Of a stretch of DNA of 64,000 nucleotides, positions 9,435-20,469 are shown in pieces. The stretch covers positions 141 to 64,140 of the forward strand of contig CAZYBF010000003.1 in NCBI GenBank assembly GCA_964645525.1. Reading direction: 5' to 3'. Position 1 is the first letter of the stretch; every line of letters starts with the position of its first letter. The stretch is from an uncultured Beijerinckia sp. (lineage in GTDB: Bacteria; Pseudomonadota; Alphaproteobacteria; Rhizobiales; Beijerinckiaceae). The notes beneath the pieces are model-generated. The model worked only from the letters and a program-made list of their open reading frames with translations. It did not search any database and was not told the origin of the DNA. The position numbers and the translations under genes are program-made.

Positions 9435-11543
9435 TCAGCCGCGGAAATAATCGTAGACGAGTTTCGCCGTCGCGGCGTTGACGCCTGGCGTTTTCTCAAG
9501 ATCCGCGAGCGCTGCGCGCGAAATCGCCTTCGCGGTGCCGAAAGCCTGCAGCAGCGCGCGTTTGCGCGCCGGACCGACGCCGGGAATGTCGTCGAGCGGG
9601 CTCTTCACGAAATCCTTCTTGCGCCGCGCGCGATGCGTGCCGATGGCGAAGCGGTGCGCCTCGTCGCGCAGCCGCTGCACGAAGTAAAGCGCAGGATCGC
9701 GCGGCGCGAGCTTGAAGGGCGCGCGGCCCTCCACGAAAAACGTCTCGCGACCGGCCTCGCGATCCGCGCCCTTGGCGACGCCCACCACGGCGACGCCCTC
9801 CACGCCGAGATCCGCCAGCGCCTGGCGCGCCGCGTCGAACTGGCCCTTGCCGCCGTCGATGAGCACGAGATCGGGCCGCGCGGGAAACTCCTTGCGCGCC
9901 TCAGCCGCCTGCGCGTCGGCGCCCGCAGCGGCGAGCTCCGCCTCCTCTTTCATGAGGCGCGCGAAACGCCGCGTGAGCACTTCGCGCATCATCGCGTAAT
10001 CGTCGCCCGGCGTCGCCTGCGCGTCCTTGATGTTGAACGTGCGGTAATGAGCCTTCATGAAGCCCGCCGCGCCGGCGACCACCATGGCGCCCACCGCATT
10101 CGTCCCCATGATGTGCGAATTGTCGTAGATCTCCACGCGGCGCGGCGGCTTGTCGAGACCCAGCGCCTGCGCGAGCGCGCCGAGAAGCCGCTCCTGCGCG
10201 GATGTTTCCGCGAGTTTGCGCGCCAGCGTCTCGCGCGCGTTCTTGGACGCATGCTCCACAAGCTCGCGCCGCTCGCCGCGCCGGGGAACGGCGACCTCCA
10301 CCTTGCGGCCCGCACGCGCGGAAAGCGCCTCCTGCAGCACGGCGGCGTTTTCGATTTCGTGGGACAGCAGCACGCAGCGCGGCGCGGGCTTGTCCTCGTA
10401 GAATTGCGCGAGAAAGGCGTCGAGCACGTCGGCGGCCGCGATGGAGCGGTCGGCGCGCGGGAAATAGGTCCGGTTGCCCCAGTTCTGATAGGTGCGGAAG
10501 AAAAACACTTCGATGGCGAACTGGCCCGCCTCCTCCACGATGGCGAAGACGTCCGCCTCCTCCACCGTGCGCGGATTGATTCCCTGCGCGCCCTGAATGG
10601 CCGACAGCGCCGCGATGCGGTCGCGCAGCCGCGCGGCGGTCTCGAACTCCAGCGCCTCCGCCGCCCTGTTCATGTCCTGCGCGAGGCTCTCGCGCACGGC
10701 GCGGCTCTTGCCGGAGAGGAAATCGCGCGCCGATTGCGCCAGCGCGCCATAGGCCTCATGCGAAATCTCGCCCGTGCAGGGGCCCGCGCATCGCTTGATC
10801 TGGAACAGGAGACAGGGCCGCGTGCGGTTCTCGTAAAAGGAATCCGTGCAGGAGCGCAGGAGGAAGGCGCGCTGCAGGGCGCCAAGCGTGCGGTTGACCG
10901 CCCAAACGCTCGCAAAGGGGCCGAAGTAATCGCCCTTGCGATTGCGCGCGCCGCGATGTTTGGCGAGCTGCGGCGCGGCGTGGTCGCTCGACAGCAGGAT
11001 ATAGGGGAAGGACTTGTCGTCGCGCAGAAGCACGTTGAAGCGCGGCTTCATCTGCTTGATGAAGTTCGCCTCCAGCAGCAGCGCCTCGGTCTCCGTCTGC
11101 GTCGAGACGAAGATCATCGAGGCGGTGAGCCCGATCATCCGCGCGATGCGGTTGGAATGGCCGGCCTCGCGCGCATAGGAGGCGACGCGCTTGCGGATCG
11201 CCCGCGCCTTGCCGACGTAAAGCACCTCGCCGTCAGCGGCGAGCATGCGATAGACGCCCGGCCCTTCAGGCGCATGTTTGAGATGCGCCTTGATCGCCTC
11301 GACGCCGCGGGCGAGCGAGCCCGGCGCGACGGGCTCGTCGCTGTCAGGGGCGACGATCTCGAAGACGGCCTCGTCCGCGCCCGCGTCCTCCGCATCGGCC
11401 TCCGCGCCGGCAAGACCCTCAGGCGGAGCGTCGGAGAGCGCCGGCGGCGGCGGGACGAAGGCCGCGTCCGCAGGCGCCGAATCCGCCTCCCCGGCCCCGG
11501 GCGGGACCGGCGCGGCCGAACTTTTCTGGCGGGGCGGACTCAT
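9435..11543 (-). CDS. uvrC: Excinuclease ABC subunit C
   Basis: [49 protein letters not shown], HhH C-terminus. Confidence 0.98.
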   Translation of the reverse strand: MSPPRQKSSAAPVPPGAGEADSAPADAAFVPPPPALSDAPPEGLAGAEADAEDAGADEAVFEIVAPDSDEPVAPGSLARGVEAIKAHLKHAPEGPGVYRMLAADGEVLYVGKARAIRKRVASYAREAGHSNRIARMIGLTASMIFVSTQTETEALLLEANFIKQMKPRFNVLLRDDKSFPYILLSSDHAAPQLAKHRGARNRKGDYFGPFASVWAVNRTLGALQRAFLLRSCTDSFYENRTRPCLLFQIKRCAGPCTGEISHEAYGALAQSARDFLSGKSRAVRESLAQDMNRAAEALEFETAARLRDRIAALSAIQGAQGINPRTVEEADVFAIVEEAGQFAIEVFFFRTYQNWGNRTYFPRADRSIAAADVLDAFLAQFYEDKPAPRCVLLSHEIENAAVLQEALSARAGRKVEVAVPRRGERRELVEHASKNARETLARKLAETSAQERLLGALAQALGLDKPPRRVEIYDNSHIMGTNAVGAMVVAGAAGFMKAHYRTFNIKDAQATPGDDYAMMREVLTRRFARLMKEEAELAAAGADAQAAEARKEFPARPDLVLIDGGKGQFDAARQALADLGVEGVAVVGVAKGADREAGRETFFVEGRAPFKLAPRDPALYFVQRLRDEAHRFAIGTHRARRKKDFVKSPLDDIPGVGPARKRALLQAFGTAKAISRAALADLEKTPGVNAATAKLVYDYFRG

Positions 11544-11629
11544 GCCTCTGATCTATGCCGGGCGCGGCGCGAAATGAAGCCCGCGCCTTCCCCGGCCGCG
11601 GTCTGGACCGGGACCGGCTTCCGCGCTAG

Positions 11630-11676
11630 GGCTTATGCGCTAAGGCTTATGCGCTGAGGCTTATGCGCTCAGGCTT
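11630..11676. repeat. 14-bp period tandem repeat (GGCTTATGCGCT core x3 plus partial)
   Basis: Core at 11630, 11644 and 11658; GGCTT again at 11672; lies in the divergent uvrC/lipoprotein intergenic region. Confidence 0.95.
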
Positions 11677-11706
11677 GGGCGGGAGCGGGGTGCGCTCGGG
11701 GGGCGT

Positions 11707-12285
11707 ATGCGGGGCGTAAGCGTTTGGCGAGGCCGGCGGAAGTGGGGGAGCGCGCTCGCGCTCGCCCTTTGCCTGTCGGCCTGCGCGGATTCTCCCTCCC
11801 CCATCCTGGGCGCAGGCGGCGGCGAACGCGCGGCGGAGCGTTCAGGCGACGCCCCGGCCCGGCCCCAAGCCCAGCCCGGCGTGAGCCCTGCGGCGGCCAG
11901 CGTCGCCTTCATCTCCTTCGACGGACCGCCGGCCGCGCTCGCCGCGCGTTTTCAGGCGGCGATGGGACAGGCGCTCGGCGCCGCCGACGTGACCACCGCG
12001 CCCTCCACGAGCGCCCATTATCTCGTTCAGGGGCATTTGAGCGCATGGCCCGGCGAAAAGGGCGTCGCCCTGTCCTGGGTCTGGGATGTGTTCAACGCGC
12101 AAAAGGCCCGGGTGCAGCGCATCGAGGACCAGATCGAGCTGCGCGCCGCCGGGGCCGACCCCTGGGCGGCGGTGACCGACGCCGCGCTTGAGGCCGCCGC
12201 CCGCCGCAGCGCCGAGGACCTCGCCGCTTTCCTCACGCACACGCCCGAGGCGCGCGCGCAAGGCGCCAGAACGGCTGTGCGTTGA
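11707..12285 (+). CDS. Putative lipoprotein
   Basis: Basic N-region, hydrophobic stretch and lipobox LSAC; YLVQGHLSA...WVWDVF...RIED resembles the conserved Rhizobiales lipoprotein upstream of prs. Confidence 0.75.
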   Translation: MRGVSVWRGRRKWGSALALALCLSACADSPSPILGAGGGERAAERSGDAPARPQAQPGVSPAAASVAFISFDGPPAALAARFQAAMGQALGAADVTTAPSTSAHYLVQGHLSAWPGEKGVALSWVWDVFNAQKARVQRIEDQIELRAAGADPWAAVTDAALEAAARRSAEDLAAFLTHTPEARAQGARTAVR

Positions 12286-12357
12286 ACCTCCGCAGCGGTT
12301 GTCGCGCTGGATCAGGCTTGCTAAGACGCCCGCGCAGAAGGCGTTGAGGGGCAAGAC

Positions 12358-13299
12358 ATGTCGGGTTTCAAAATCCTTGCGGGCAATTCCAACCGCTCCC
12401 TCACCGAAGCCATCGCCGCCTATCTCGGCCAGCCGCTGACGCGCTGTCAGGTGCGCCGCTTCGCCGACATGGAGATCTTCGTCGAGATTCAGGAGAACGT
12501 GCGCGGCGCGGACGCCTTCATCATCCAGTCGACGTCGTTTCCCACCAACGACCATTTAATGGAATTGCTCATCATGACGGACGCGCTGCGCCGCGCCTCC
12601 GCCAAGCGCATCACCGCCGTCATCCCCTATTTCGGCTACGCCCGTCAGGACCGCAAGCCCGGCCCCCGCACGCCGATCTCCGCAAAGCTCGTCGCCAATC
12701 TCATCACCCGCGCCGGCGCCGACCGCGTGCTCACGGTGGACCTGCACGCAGGACAGATTCAGGGCTTCTTCGACGTGCCCGTGGACAATCTCTTCGCCGC
12801 CCCCGCCATGGTGGCCGACATCAAGGCGCGCCTCGACCTCAAGAACGTGATGGTGGTTTCGCCCGACGTGGGCGGCGTTGTGCGCGCCCGCGCGCTCGCC
12901 AAGCGCATCGACGCGCCGCTCTCCATCGTCGACAAGCGCCGCGAACGCGCCGGCGAATCCGAAGTGATGAACATCATCGGCGACGTGTCGGGCAAGAGCT
13001 GCATCCTCGTGGACGACATCGTGGATTCGGGCGGCACGCTGTGCAACGCGGCCGAAGCCCTGCTCGCGAAGGGCGCCAAGGAGGTCTACGCCTACATCAC
13101 CCATGGCGTGCTCTCGGGCGGCGCGGTGGCCCGCGTCTCCGCCTCCAAGCTCAAGGAGCTGGTGCTGACCGACACGATCGAGCCCACCGCCGCCGTGAAG
13201 GTCGCCAAGAACATCCGCGTGATCTCGGTCGCCCCCCTGCTGGGCGAGGCGATCAACCGCACCTTCAAGGAAGAAAGCGTCTCGAGCCTGTTCGACTGA
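12358..13299 (+). CDS. prs: Ribose-phosphate pyrophosphokinase
   Basis: [47 protein letters not shown]. Confidence 0.99.
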   Translation: MSGFKILAGNSNRSLTEAIAAYLGQPLTRCQVRRFADMEIFVEIQENVRGADAFIIQSTSFPTNDHLMELLIMTDALRRASAKRITAVIPYFGYARQDRKPGPRTPISAKLVANLITRAGADRVLTVDLHAGQIQGFFDVPVDNLFAAPAMVADIKARLDLKNVMVVSPDVGGVVRARALAKRIDAPLSIVDKRRERAGESEVMNIIGDVSGKSCILVDDIVDSGGTLCNAAEALLAKGAKEVYAYITHGVLSGGAVARVSASKLKELVLTDTIEPTAAVKVAKNIRVISVAPLLGEAINRTFKEESVSSLFD

Positions 13300-13335
13300 C
13301 GCCGCGCCGGAACCCTCCGGGAGAGCGCGGGCGGC

Positions 13336-13412
13336 TTGCTCCCCCGTTCCGGCCCGGCTATAAGCCCCTCGCGCGCCGCTCCGACACCCCTGGAGGCGAA
13401 GGCGCGCTTTTT
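13336..13412 (+). promoter_or_regulatory. rplY promoter and structured 5' leader
   Basis: TTGCTC-N17-TATAAG (13336-13364); stem GCGCGCC 13371-13377 / GGCGCGC 13401-13407 followed by TTTTT. Confidence 0.6.
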
Positions 13413-13431
13413 GTTTGTAAAGGACGACCCT

Positions 13432-14052
13432 ATGGCAGCGACCAAGCAGCTCGCGGCCACGGTGCGTTCCGGGATCGGCAAGGGGGCCGCCCGGAGCATT
13501 CGCCGTGAGAACCGCGTACCCGGCGTGATCTATGGCGGCGGCGAAGCGCCCCAGCCGATCAGCCTGGACTACAAGACCCTGAACCAGCTCATCTACGCCG
13601 GCCACTTCCTCACGACGATTTTCGACATCGATCTGGGCGGCGGCAAGACCGAGCGCGTGATTCCCCGCGATTACCAGCTCGACGTCGTGCGCGACACGCC
13701 GCTGCACGTCGACTTCCTGCGCCTCAAGCCCGGCTCCTCGCTGCGCATCGACGTGCCCCTGCACTTCGTGGGCGCTGACGTCGCCCCCGGCGTGAAGCTC
13801 GGCGGCACCGTGAACTATGTGGTTCACGCCATCGAAATGCGCGTGCCCGCCGACAACATCCCCGAGTCGATCACCGTCGATCTCAGCGGCATGAACATCG
13901 CGGACTCACTGCACATCTCGGCGGTGAAGCTCCCCGAGGGCTGCAAGTCGATCGACCAGCGCGACTTCACGGTCGCCACGATCGTGCCGCCCGCCAAGTC
14001 CGACGAGCCGGCCCCTGCGGCCGCCGCGGCGGCTGCGCCGGCCAAGAAGTGA
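13432..14052 (+). CDS. rplY: 50S ribosomal protein L25 / Ctc
   Basis: [41 protein letters not shown]; ATG at 13432 with AAGGA RBS. Confidence 0.97.
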   Translation: MAATKQLAATVRSGIGKGAARSIRRENRVPGVIYGGGEAPQPISLDYKTLNQLIYAGHFLTTIFDIDLGGGKTERVIPRDYQLDVVRDTPLHVDFLRLKPGSSLRIDVPLHFVGADVAPGVKLGGTVNYVVHAIEMRVPADNIPESITVDLSGMNIADSLHISAVKLPEGCKSIDQRDFTVATIVPPAKSDEPAPAAAAAAAPAKK

Positions 14053-14141
14053 TCTGATCCCCTCCCCCGCGCCCGCGCGGGGGAGCCTTTCTTCCGCGGG
14101 CGCGCATGCGCCGTCCGCCCCGCCGCCTCCCGGAGACCGCC

Positions 14142-14747
14142 GTGCCGCTCTTCGTCGGATTGGGAAATCCCGGCGCGAAATACGCCCGCAACCGCCACAA
14201 TATCGGCTTCATGGCTATTGACGCCATCGCGCGGGAGTTCAACTTCCCCCCGCTGCGCAAGCGTTTTCAGGGCCTGGCGAGCGAAGGCGCCATCGGCGGC
14301 GCACGCGTCCTGCTGCTTCAGCCGCAAACCTATATGAACGAATCCGGCGTCAGCGTCGGCGAGGCCGCCCGCTTCTACAAGATTCCGCTCAATGAGGTCA
14401 TCGTCTTCCACGACGAGCTCGACCTGCCGCCCGGCAAACTGCGCGTGAAGACCGGCGGCGGCGACGCCGGCCATAACGGGCTTCGCTCGATCACCGCGCA
14501 TCTGGGCAAGGATTATCGTCGCGTGCGGCTGGGCGTGGGACATCCCGGCGACAAGAGCCTCGTCCATTCCTATGTGCTGAACGATTTCGCGAAATCGGAG
14601 GAAGGCTGGGTGAACGCGCTGTGCGACGGGATCGCGCGCAACGCAGGCCTGCTCGCGAAAGGCGATGATCCGAGCTTCCAGAACAAGCTGCATCTCTTCA
14701 TGGACGCGGCCGGCTTCGCGGACGTCAAACGCATCGGCGAACGCTGA
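14142..14747 (+). CDS. pth: Peptidyl-tRNA hydrolase
   Basis: [37 protein letters not shown]; GTG start inferred at 14142. Confidence 0.97.
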   Translation: MPLFVGLGNPGAKYARNRHNIGFMAIDAIAREFNFPPLRKRFQGLASEGAIGGARVLLLQPQTYMNESGVSVGEAARFYKIPLNEVIVFHDELDLPPGKLRVKTGGGDAGHNGLRSITAHLGKDYRRVRLGVGHPGDKSLVHSYVLNDFAKSEEGWVNALCDGIARNAGLLAKGDDPSFQNKLHLFMDAAGFADVKRIGER

Positions 14748-14776
14748 CGCGAAACGACGGCGCGCGCCCGGCGCAC

Positions 14777-14819
14777 AAAGAAAGAGAAAAAGAAAAAGCC
14801 CCGCCGGAGCGGGGCTTTT
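14777..14819. terminator. Bidirectional intrinsic terminator between pth and petC
   Basis: AAAAGCCCCGC-CGGA-GCGGGGCTTTT with a long A-tract on the left. Confidence 0.85.
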
Positions 14820-14843
14820 CGCATTTCAGATAGCGCGCGCGGC

Positions 14844-15659
14844 TCAGTGCGCGTCGGCCCAGATCTTCTTCTTGGTGAAGTAGAGCAGGCCCGCGAACAC
14901 GATCAGGAAGATCATGACGTTGAGACCGGTGCGCTTGCGCGACTCGAGCTTCGGCTCCGCGCTCCACATCAGGAAGGCGGCGACGTCGCGCGAATATTGC
15001 TTCACGGTCGCAGGCGCGCCGTCCGTATATTCAACCTGACCATCCGAGAGCGGCTTGGCCATCTTGATCTGGTTGCCGGGATAATAGGCGTTCCAGTTCG
15101 GATCCTCGTCCTTGGTGTAGCCGTTCAGCAGAGCGACGAGATAGTCGACGCCATGCTCCTGATAGGCGCTGCCCGGGAAGGCGTCGAGGATGAACATCGG
15201 GAAGCCGCGCGAATAGGCGCGCGCCTTCGCGATCACCGAAAGATCCGGCGGCGCGGCGCCATGGACGGCGGCGGCCGCGTCCGCATTGGCGAACAGTTTC
15301 GGGAAGCGGTCCGACGGACGGGCGGGACGCTCGACGGGTTCGCCCTTGTCGTCGTAATCCTTCACCTTGTATTCGGCCGCCAGCGCGCGGACCTGCCCTT
15401 CGGTGAACTCCGGCCCGCCCGGCTCCATGAGGTTGCGGAACGAGAGGAGATTCAGCGAATGGCAAGCAGCGCAGACTTCGCGATAGACCTTGAAGCCGCG
15501 CTGCAATTGCGCGCGATCGAACATGCCGAAGGGTCCGGCGAACGACCAGTTGAGACGTTCGGGCTTCGGGCCGTCGCCGCCGGCCGCCAGAGACGGCGCG
15601 GCTGAGGCGGCGGCGAGCGCGAGGGCGAGTGCGAGGGACTTGAAGCTTTTCATGGTCAT
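14844..15659 (-). CDS. petC: Cytochrome c1
   Basis: Signal peptide, CAACH heme motif, PPDLS, C-terminal anchor WSAEPKLESRKRTG. Confidence 0.97.
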   Translation of the reverse strand: MTMKSFKSLALALALAAASAAPSLAAGGDGPKPERLNWSFAGPFGMFDRAQLQRGFKVYREVCAACHSLNLLSFRNLMEPGGPEFTEGQVRALAAEYKVKDYDDKGEPVERPARPSDRFPKLFANADAAAAVHGAAPPDLSVIAKARAYSRGFPMFILDAFPGSAYQEHGVDYLVALLNGYTKDEDPNWNAYYPGNQIKMAKPLSDGQVEYTDGAPATVKQYSRDVAAFLMWSAEPKLESRKRTGLNVMIFLIVFAGLLYFTKKKIWADAH

Positions 15660-15671
15660 GTCCTTATCGCC

Positions 15672-16922
15672 TCATTCCGCCGGCTGGAGTTTGGCGCCGC
15701 CGCGGCTCAGGATCGAGTCCGCAATGGTCGCCGGCACCGGCTTCGGCCGCTCGAACATGCCAAGCAGCGGCATGATCACGAGGAAGAAGGCGAAGTAGTA
15801 GAGGGTGAGCAGGCGCGAGGCGAGCACGTAGCCGCCTTCCGCCGGCATCGCGCCGAGATAGCCAAGGCCGACGCAAACCGCCACGAACACCCAGAAGAAC
15901 ACGCGGTACACGGGGCGATAATTCGCCGAGCGCACCTTCGACGTGTCGAGCCAGGGCAGGAAGGCCAGCACGGCGATGGCGCCGAACATGGCGAGCACGC
16001 CGCCGAGCTTCGAGGGGATCGCGCGCAGGATCGCGTAGAACGGCAGGAAGTACCATTCGGGCACGATGTGCGCCGGCGTCACCAGCGGATTGGCTTCGAT
16101 GTAATTGTCCGCATGCCCGAGATAGTTGGGCATGTAGAAAATCCACCAGGAGTAGAAGATCAGGAACACGACCACCGCGAAGGAATCCTTCACCGTCGCA
16201 TAGGGCGTGAAGGGCACGGTGTCGCGCTGAACGTTCTTCACGTCCACGCCGGCCGGATTGTTCTGGCCGACGACATGCAGCGCCCAGACGTGCAGGACGA
16301 CGACGCCCGCGAGCATGAACGGCAGCAGGTAATGCAGCGCGAAGAAACGGTTCAGCGTCGGGTTGTCGACCGAGTAACCGCCCCACAGCCAGATCGTGAT
16401 CGTCTCGCCGACGAGCGGAATGGCCGAGAAGAGGTTGGTGATGACGGTCGCGCCCCAGAAGCTCATCTGGCCCCACGGCAGCACATAGCCCATGAAGGCG
16501 GTCGCCATCATGATGAGGAAGATGACCACGCCCAGAATCCAGAGCACCTCGCGCGGCGCCTTGTAGGACCCGTAATAGAGGCCGCGGAACATGTGGATGT
16601 AGACGGCGACGAAGAACATCGAAGCGCCGTTGGCGTGCGCATAGCGCAGGAACCAGCCCCAGTTCACGTCGCGCATGATCTGCTCGACCGACTGGAACGC
16701 ATGATCGACATGGGGCGTGTAATGCATCGCCAGCACGATGCCGGTGATGATCTGCGCGCCGAGCATGAAGCTCAGGATCGCGCCGAACGTCCACATGTAA
16801 TTAAGATTGCGGGGCGTCGGGTAGGAGACGAACGACCCGTGCATGAGGCCCATGATCGGGAGGCGGCTCTCGAGCCAGCGGCCGACGGCGCTCTGGGGTA
16901 CGAAGGTGGAAGGTCCGCTCAT
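15672..16922 (-). CDS. petB: Cytochrome b
   Basis: [31 protein letters not shown] motif. Confidence 0.99.
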   Translation of the reverse strand: MSGPSTFVPQSAVGRWLESRLPIMGLMHGSFVSYPTPRNLNYMWTFGAILSFMLGAQIITGIVLAMHYTPHVDHAFQSVEQIMRDVNWGWFLRYAHANGASMFFVAVYIHMFRGLYYGSYKAPREVLWILGVVIFLIMMATAFMGYVLPWGQMSFWGATVITNLFSAIPLVGETITIWLWGGYSVDNPTLNRFFALHYLLPFMLAGVVVLHVWALHVVGQNNPAGVDVKNVQRDTVPFTPYATVKDSFAVVVFLIFYSWWIFYMPNYLGHADNYIEANPLVTPAHIVPEWYFLPFYAILRAIPSKLGGVLAMFGAIAVLAFLPWLDTSKVRSANYRPVYRVFFWVFVAVCVGLGYLGAMPAEGGYVLASRLLTLYYFAFFLVIMPLLGMFERPKPVPATIADSILSRGGAKLQPAE

Positions 16923-16969
16923 GTCGCGTTCTCTTTGAAGCGTGGTGCGGGACTGGCGACGCGCAGGCG

Positions 16970-17497
16970 TCAGCCGATCCGCAACTTGGTGTCCGAAACG
17001 AATTCGTAGGTCGGCACGGCGAGGTTCAGCGGCGCGGGACCCTTACGGATGCGGCCGGAGGTGTCGTAGTGCGAACCGTGGCAGGGGCAGAACCAGCCGT
17101 CGTACTCGCCGCGCGAGCCCGGCGCGCCCAGCGGCACGCAGCCAAGATGCGTGCACACGCCGACGACGACGAGCCACTCGGGCTTCTTCACGCGGGCCGC
17201 GTCCGCCTGCGGGTCAGGCAATTGCGCGATCGGCGTCGCCACCGCGTCGTCGATCTCCTTCTTCGTGCGATGACGCACGAAGACCGGCTTGCCGCGCCAT
17301 TTCACGGTCAGGCTGCCGCCCTCGGGAATGGCCGAGATATCGACCTCCGTTGAAGCGAGCGCCAGCGTGGAGGCGTCCGGATTCATCTGGCTGATCAAGG
17401 GCCAGGCGACGGCGCCTGCGCCCACGGCCGCAGCCGCGCCAGTGGCGATGAAAAGCATGTCCCTGCGGGTCGGTTCGACCGTCGATGGATTGGCCAC
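16970..17497 (-). CDS. petA: Ubiquinol-cytochrome c reductase Rieske subunit
   Basis: TRRDML Tat motif, [15 protein letters not shown]; GTG start inferred at 17497. Confidence 0.97.
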   Translation of the reverse strand: MANPSTVEPTRRDMLFIATGAAAAVGAGAVAWPLISQMNPDASTLALASTEVDISAIPEGGSLTVKWRGKPVFVRHRTKKEIDDAVATPIAQLPDPQADAARVKKPEWLVVVGVCTHLGCVPLGAPGSRGEYDGWFCPCHGSHYDTSGRIRKGPAPLNLAVPTYEFVSDTKLRIG

Positions 17498-17819
17498 TCT
17501 ATTCCCCCATCCGTTTGCCCCGCACGGTCCCGCCCGGATGCTGGACGGGAGCGACGCGCCACGCGCGCCGGTCGGGCCGTAGTGACATAGGATCCGGCGA
17601 CGGACTGGTGAATGCGACGGATCGCCACCGCCCCGACGGCTGCGCGGACGCCTTTCGGCGACCCCGGACGACGCCCTTATGGCTGAGCGCGCGCTATTTC
17701 GCACCCTTCCGCACGCTTGTCCATAGCTCCACCGCGCCTTTAAACCGGCAATTGGACTATGAACCGCGCTGAAAACGTCCAAGATTCCAGACCCCGATCC
17801 AGACGCCCGGACCAGCCCC

Positions 17820-18320
17820 ATGTCCCCCACCATGTCAGACCACGCCCGCCCGGACCTCACGCTGGCCCTGTTCCAGCCCGACATCCCGCAAAACGCGGGC
17901 GCCATGCTGCGCACCTGCGCCTGCCTGGGCGTGGACGCCGCCATCGTTCAGCCCGCCGGATTCCCGGTCTCCGACCGCCATTTCCGGCGCGCGGGGATGG
18001 ATTCTCCCGACCTTGTCCACATCGAGCGCCACGCCTCCTGGGCCGCTTTCGAGGACTGGCGCGCGCGCAGCGGCCGCCGGCTCGTGCTTTTGACGACGAA
18101 AGGCGCGACCTCCCACGTCGACTTCGCCTTCGCGCCGGGCGACATCCTGATGGTGGGGCGCGAATCGGCCGGCGCGCCGGACGAGGTCCATGCGGCGGCG
18201 GACGCCCGGGTGACGATTCCCATGAACCCCGGCGCGCGCTCGCTGAACGTCGCCGTCGCAGCCGCCATCGCCATGGGCGAGGCCCTGCGCCGCATCCGCT
18301 GGTCAGGCGGGCGCGCCTAA
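17820..18320 (+). CDS. trmL: tRNA (cytidine34-2'-O)-methyltransferase
   Basis: [19 protein letters not shown]...RSLNVA SPOUT motifs. Start may be 17832. Confidence 0.92.
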   Translation: MSPTMSDHARPDLTLALFQPDIPQNAGAMLRTCACLGVDAAIVQPAGFPVSDRHFRRAGMDSPDLVHIERHASWAAFEDWRARSGRRLVLLTTKGATSHVDFAFAPGDILMVGRESAGAPDEVHAAADARVTIPMNPGARSLNVAVAAAIAMGEALRRIRWSGGRA

Positions 18321-18568
18321 CCGCGATTGGGGTTGGTTTTGGCGGTTCGCGCGCCAGGCGGCATCAGGCGCAGCTCGCAGGATCCGTTCGCGGGAATGCG
18401 CAGCTTCACCACTTTGCCCGGCTTGTAATAATGGCAAATGCGGTTCCAGCGGTCGCTTGAGATGCTGGAGGCCACCAGCAACCCCTGATCGTTCAGGTAC
18501 AACTGAAGATGCACGGCCCCGACGACCCAGGCCACGATCAGAGAAAATATGCCAGACGCGGAACCCAT
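18317..18568 (-). CDS. Small hypothetical membrane/exported protein
   Basis: MGSASGIFSLIVAWVVGAVHL hydrophobic N-terminus, then CHYY...C; fills the gap between trmL and the GtrA gene. Start uncertain (18568 or 18595). Confidence 0.5.
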   Translation of the reverse strand: MGSASGIFSLIVAWVVGAVHLQLYLNDQGLLVASSISSDRWNRICHYYKPGKVVKLRIPANGSCELRLMPPGARTAKTNPNRG

Positions 18569-18639
18569 CGACTGCGGCAACCATGGTCGGACCAAGTCGC
18601 AGGAGCTTAGTCTTGACCTGTTGACAAAGCCTGAACGCG

Positions 18640-19041
18640 TCAGCCGCCCCGCCGCGCCGAGGACGCGCTTGCGAAGGTGAAGAGCTTGTGGGCGAGGAAG
18701 CTCCAGACGAGCACCGCCCCTGTCGTAAGCGCCTGCGCAGGCAGGTAATGCAGGCCAAGCCCGTCATGCAGCAGGGTCATGCTGGCCCAGGTCATCAGAA
18801 AGCCCACCCCGGCGACGAGCGCGAAACGCCAGCCGGCCTCCGCATGGGGGCGGTCTGATTCATAGGTATGGCGGCGATTGAGCCAGTAAGAGACAAGACC
18901 GCCGGCCACATAGCCCGCGAGTGTCGCAGGCGCAGGCGCCACGCCGCCCGCCTCCACGAGCGCGATCAGCGTCCCGAAATGGGCGACCGCCGCGGCGAAA
19001 CCGACAAGCGCGAAGACGATGAACTGGCGGGAGAGCGACAC
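18640..19041 (-). CDS. GtrA family membrane protein
   Basis: QFIVFALVG, SYWLNRRHTY, RFALV, WSFLAHKLFTF; four hydrophobic segments. Confidence 0.9.
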   Translation of the reverse strand: MSLSRQFIVFALVGFAAAVAHFGTLIALVEAGGVAPAPATLAGYVAGGLVSYWLNRRHTYESDRPHAEAGWRFALVAGVGFLMTWASMTLLHDGLGLHYLPAQALTTGAVLVWSFLAHKLFTFASASSARRGG

Positions 19042-19116
19042 GCCCCGCTTTTAGGCGCGCGCGCCGCGCTTGTCGACCGCAACTTGATCTTAACAATCGG
19101 TCGAGATGATGCCGCC

Positions 19117-19680
19117 ATGGACGAAAACCGACACGCCGACAGCGGCAGCCCGCGCCCCTGGGCGCAAGGCCGCAGCTTCCGCCTCGACGCGACAGGGGCT
19201 GCGGCGGTGGAGTTCGCGCTCGTCTCCATGCCCTTCATCGTGCTGATCTTCTGTATCATCCAGATGAGCCTCGACTTCCTGTTCTTCTCGCAAGTGGATT
19301 ACGCGACCCACAAGGCCGCGCAGGCGATCCGCTCCGGCGCGGTGCAGCGCGCGGGCATGTCGGAGGCGACATTCAGGACCACCATCCTGTGCCCGCAATT
19401 GCGCATGGTGGATTGCGCCGACGTGAAGCTGAACGTGGCGCGCATTCGCGCCAGCGGCGACTGGAGCGGCCCGATCGCCGACCCCCTGACCACCGGCCAG
19501 TGGAGATGGTGCCCAAGCGGATCGCGCGACGTCGTGCTCGTTCAGGCTTTCTATCCCATGCCTTTTTTCAGCGTCACATGGGCCGGACAAAGCGCGGCGA
19601 ACCCACGCCGCTACAAGACCGCCATCGCCATGCGCAACGATCCCTTCGGTCTGCCGGCGCCTTCCGGACCGGGCTGCTGA
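19117..19680 (+). CDS. TadE/TadF-like minor pilin
   Basis: G|AAAVEFALV prepilin site plus hydrophobic helix; C-terminal AMRNDPF; ATG at 19117. Confidence 0.88.
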   Translation: MDENRHADSGSPRPWAQGRSFRLDATGAAAVEFALVSMPFIVLIFCIIQMSLDFLFFSQVDYATHKAAQAIRSGAVQRAGMSEATFRTTILCPQLRMVDCADVKLNVARIRASGDWSGPIADPLTTGQWRWCPSGSRDVVLVQAFYPMPFFSVTWAGQSAANPRRYKTAIAMRNDPFGLPAPSGPGC

Positions 19681-19682
19681 CC

Positions 19683-20354
19683 ATGGCGCAAGCGACACGG
19701 CGCAGGGCCAGCGCATTCGCACGCGACGCCAGCGGCGTCTCCGCGATTGAATTCGCGCTCATCGCGCCCATCCTGCTGCTCTTGATGATGGCGAGCGTCG
19801 AATTTCAGCGCTATCTTCGCACCAGCCGCCAGCTCGCCAACGCAGCCGACCAGATCGCCACGCTCGTCGCCCAAAGAAGCGAAACGCTTCCGAACTGGGA
19901 CGCCCTGAGCGAGGATTTCGATTCCGCCTATCAATCCTTCCCCGAAGCGCCCCTGCGCGCGGACGTCGGAACATGGCGCACGGTCTTGCGCCACAGGATC
20001 GCGCAGGCGTCCTTTTCAAAGGTCTCGCCAACCTGCACGACCAATTGCGCCTATAATGCGAAAATGTCGTGGATGTGGGGCAGCGGCGCCGCGCCCACGG
20101 GCATGGCGCGCCAATGCGGCGCCCTCACCCTTGCGCCCGACGGCGCCGAGCCGAGCGGCGACTCCATTCCCGAACGTCTCGTCGGCCCCGGCTCCGTGAT
20201 CATCGTCGACCTGTTCTTCGACTATTACCCCGTGTTCGGCTCAACCCTTGTCCAGCCGGTGACGATGGCGAAGACCGGCTACGCCTTTCCCCGTTTCGTC
20301 TCGTCCTTCACGCCGACAGGCGGCGCGACGGGACAGGCGGTCGTTTGTCCATGA
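19683..20354 (+). CDS. TadE/TadF-like minor pilin
   Basis: FARDASG|VSAIEFALIAPILLLL, SVIIVDL...Y.PVFG, FPRF; ATG at 19683. Confidence 0.88.
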   Translation: MAQATRRRASAFARDASGVSAIEFALIAPILLLLMMASVEFQRYLRTSRQLANAADQIATLVAQRSETLPNWDALSEDFDSAYQSFPEAPLRADVGTWRTVLRHRIAQASFSKVSPTCTTNCAYNAKMSWMWGSGAAPTGMARQCGALTLAPDGAEPSGDSIPERLVGPGSVIIVDLFFDYYPVFGSTLVQPVTMAKTGYAFPRFVSSFTPTGGATGQAVVCP

Positions 20355-20469
20355 ACCATCGGGCGCAGCGTTAACGCGCATCAACCAGCATTCGAACGGT
20401 TGACGGCGCCCAATAGCAATCTTTCGCCCTTACGCTGGGCGACGGTTTTTTCTGCGAGGACCCCTGAGC

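Noticed and set aside
17614-17628. GCGAC-N5-GCCAC upstream of petA as a RegR/PrrA site
   Set aside because: Degenerate GC-rich motif with a mismatch; likely to occur by chance at this base composition.
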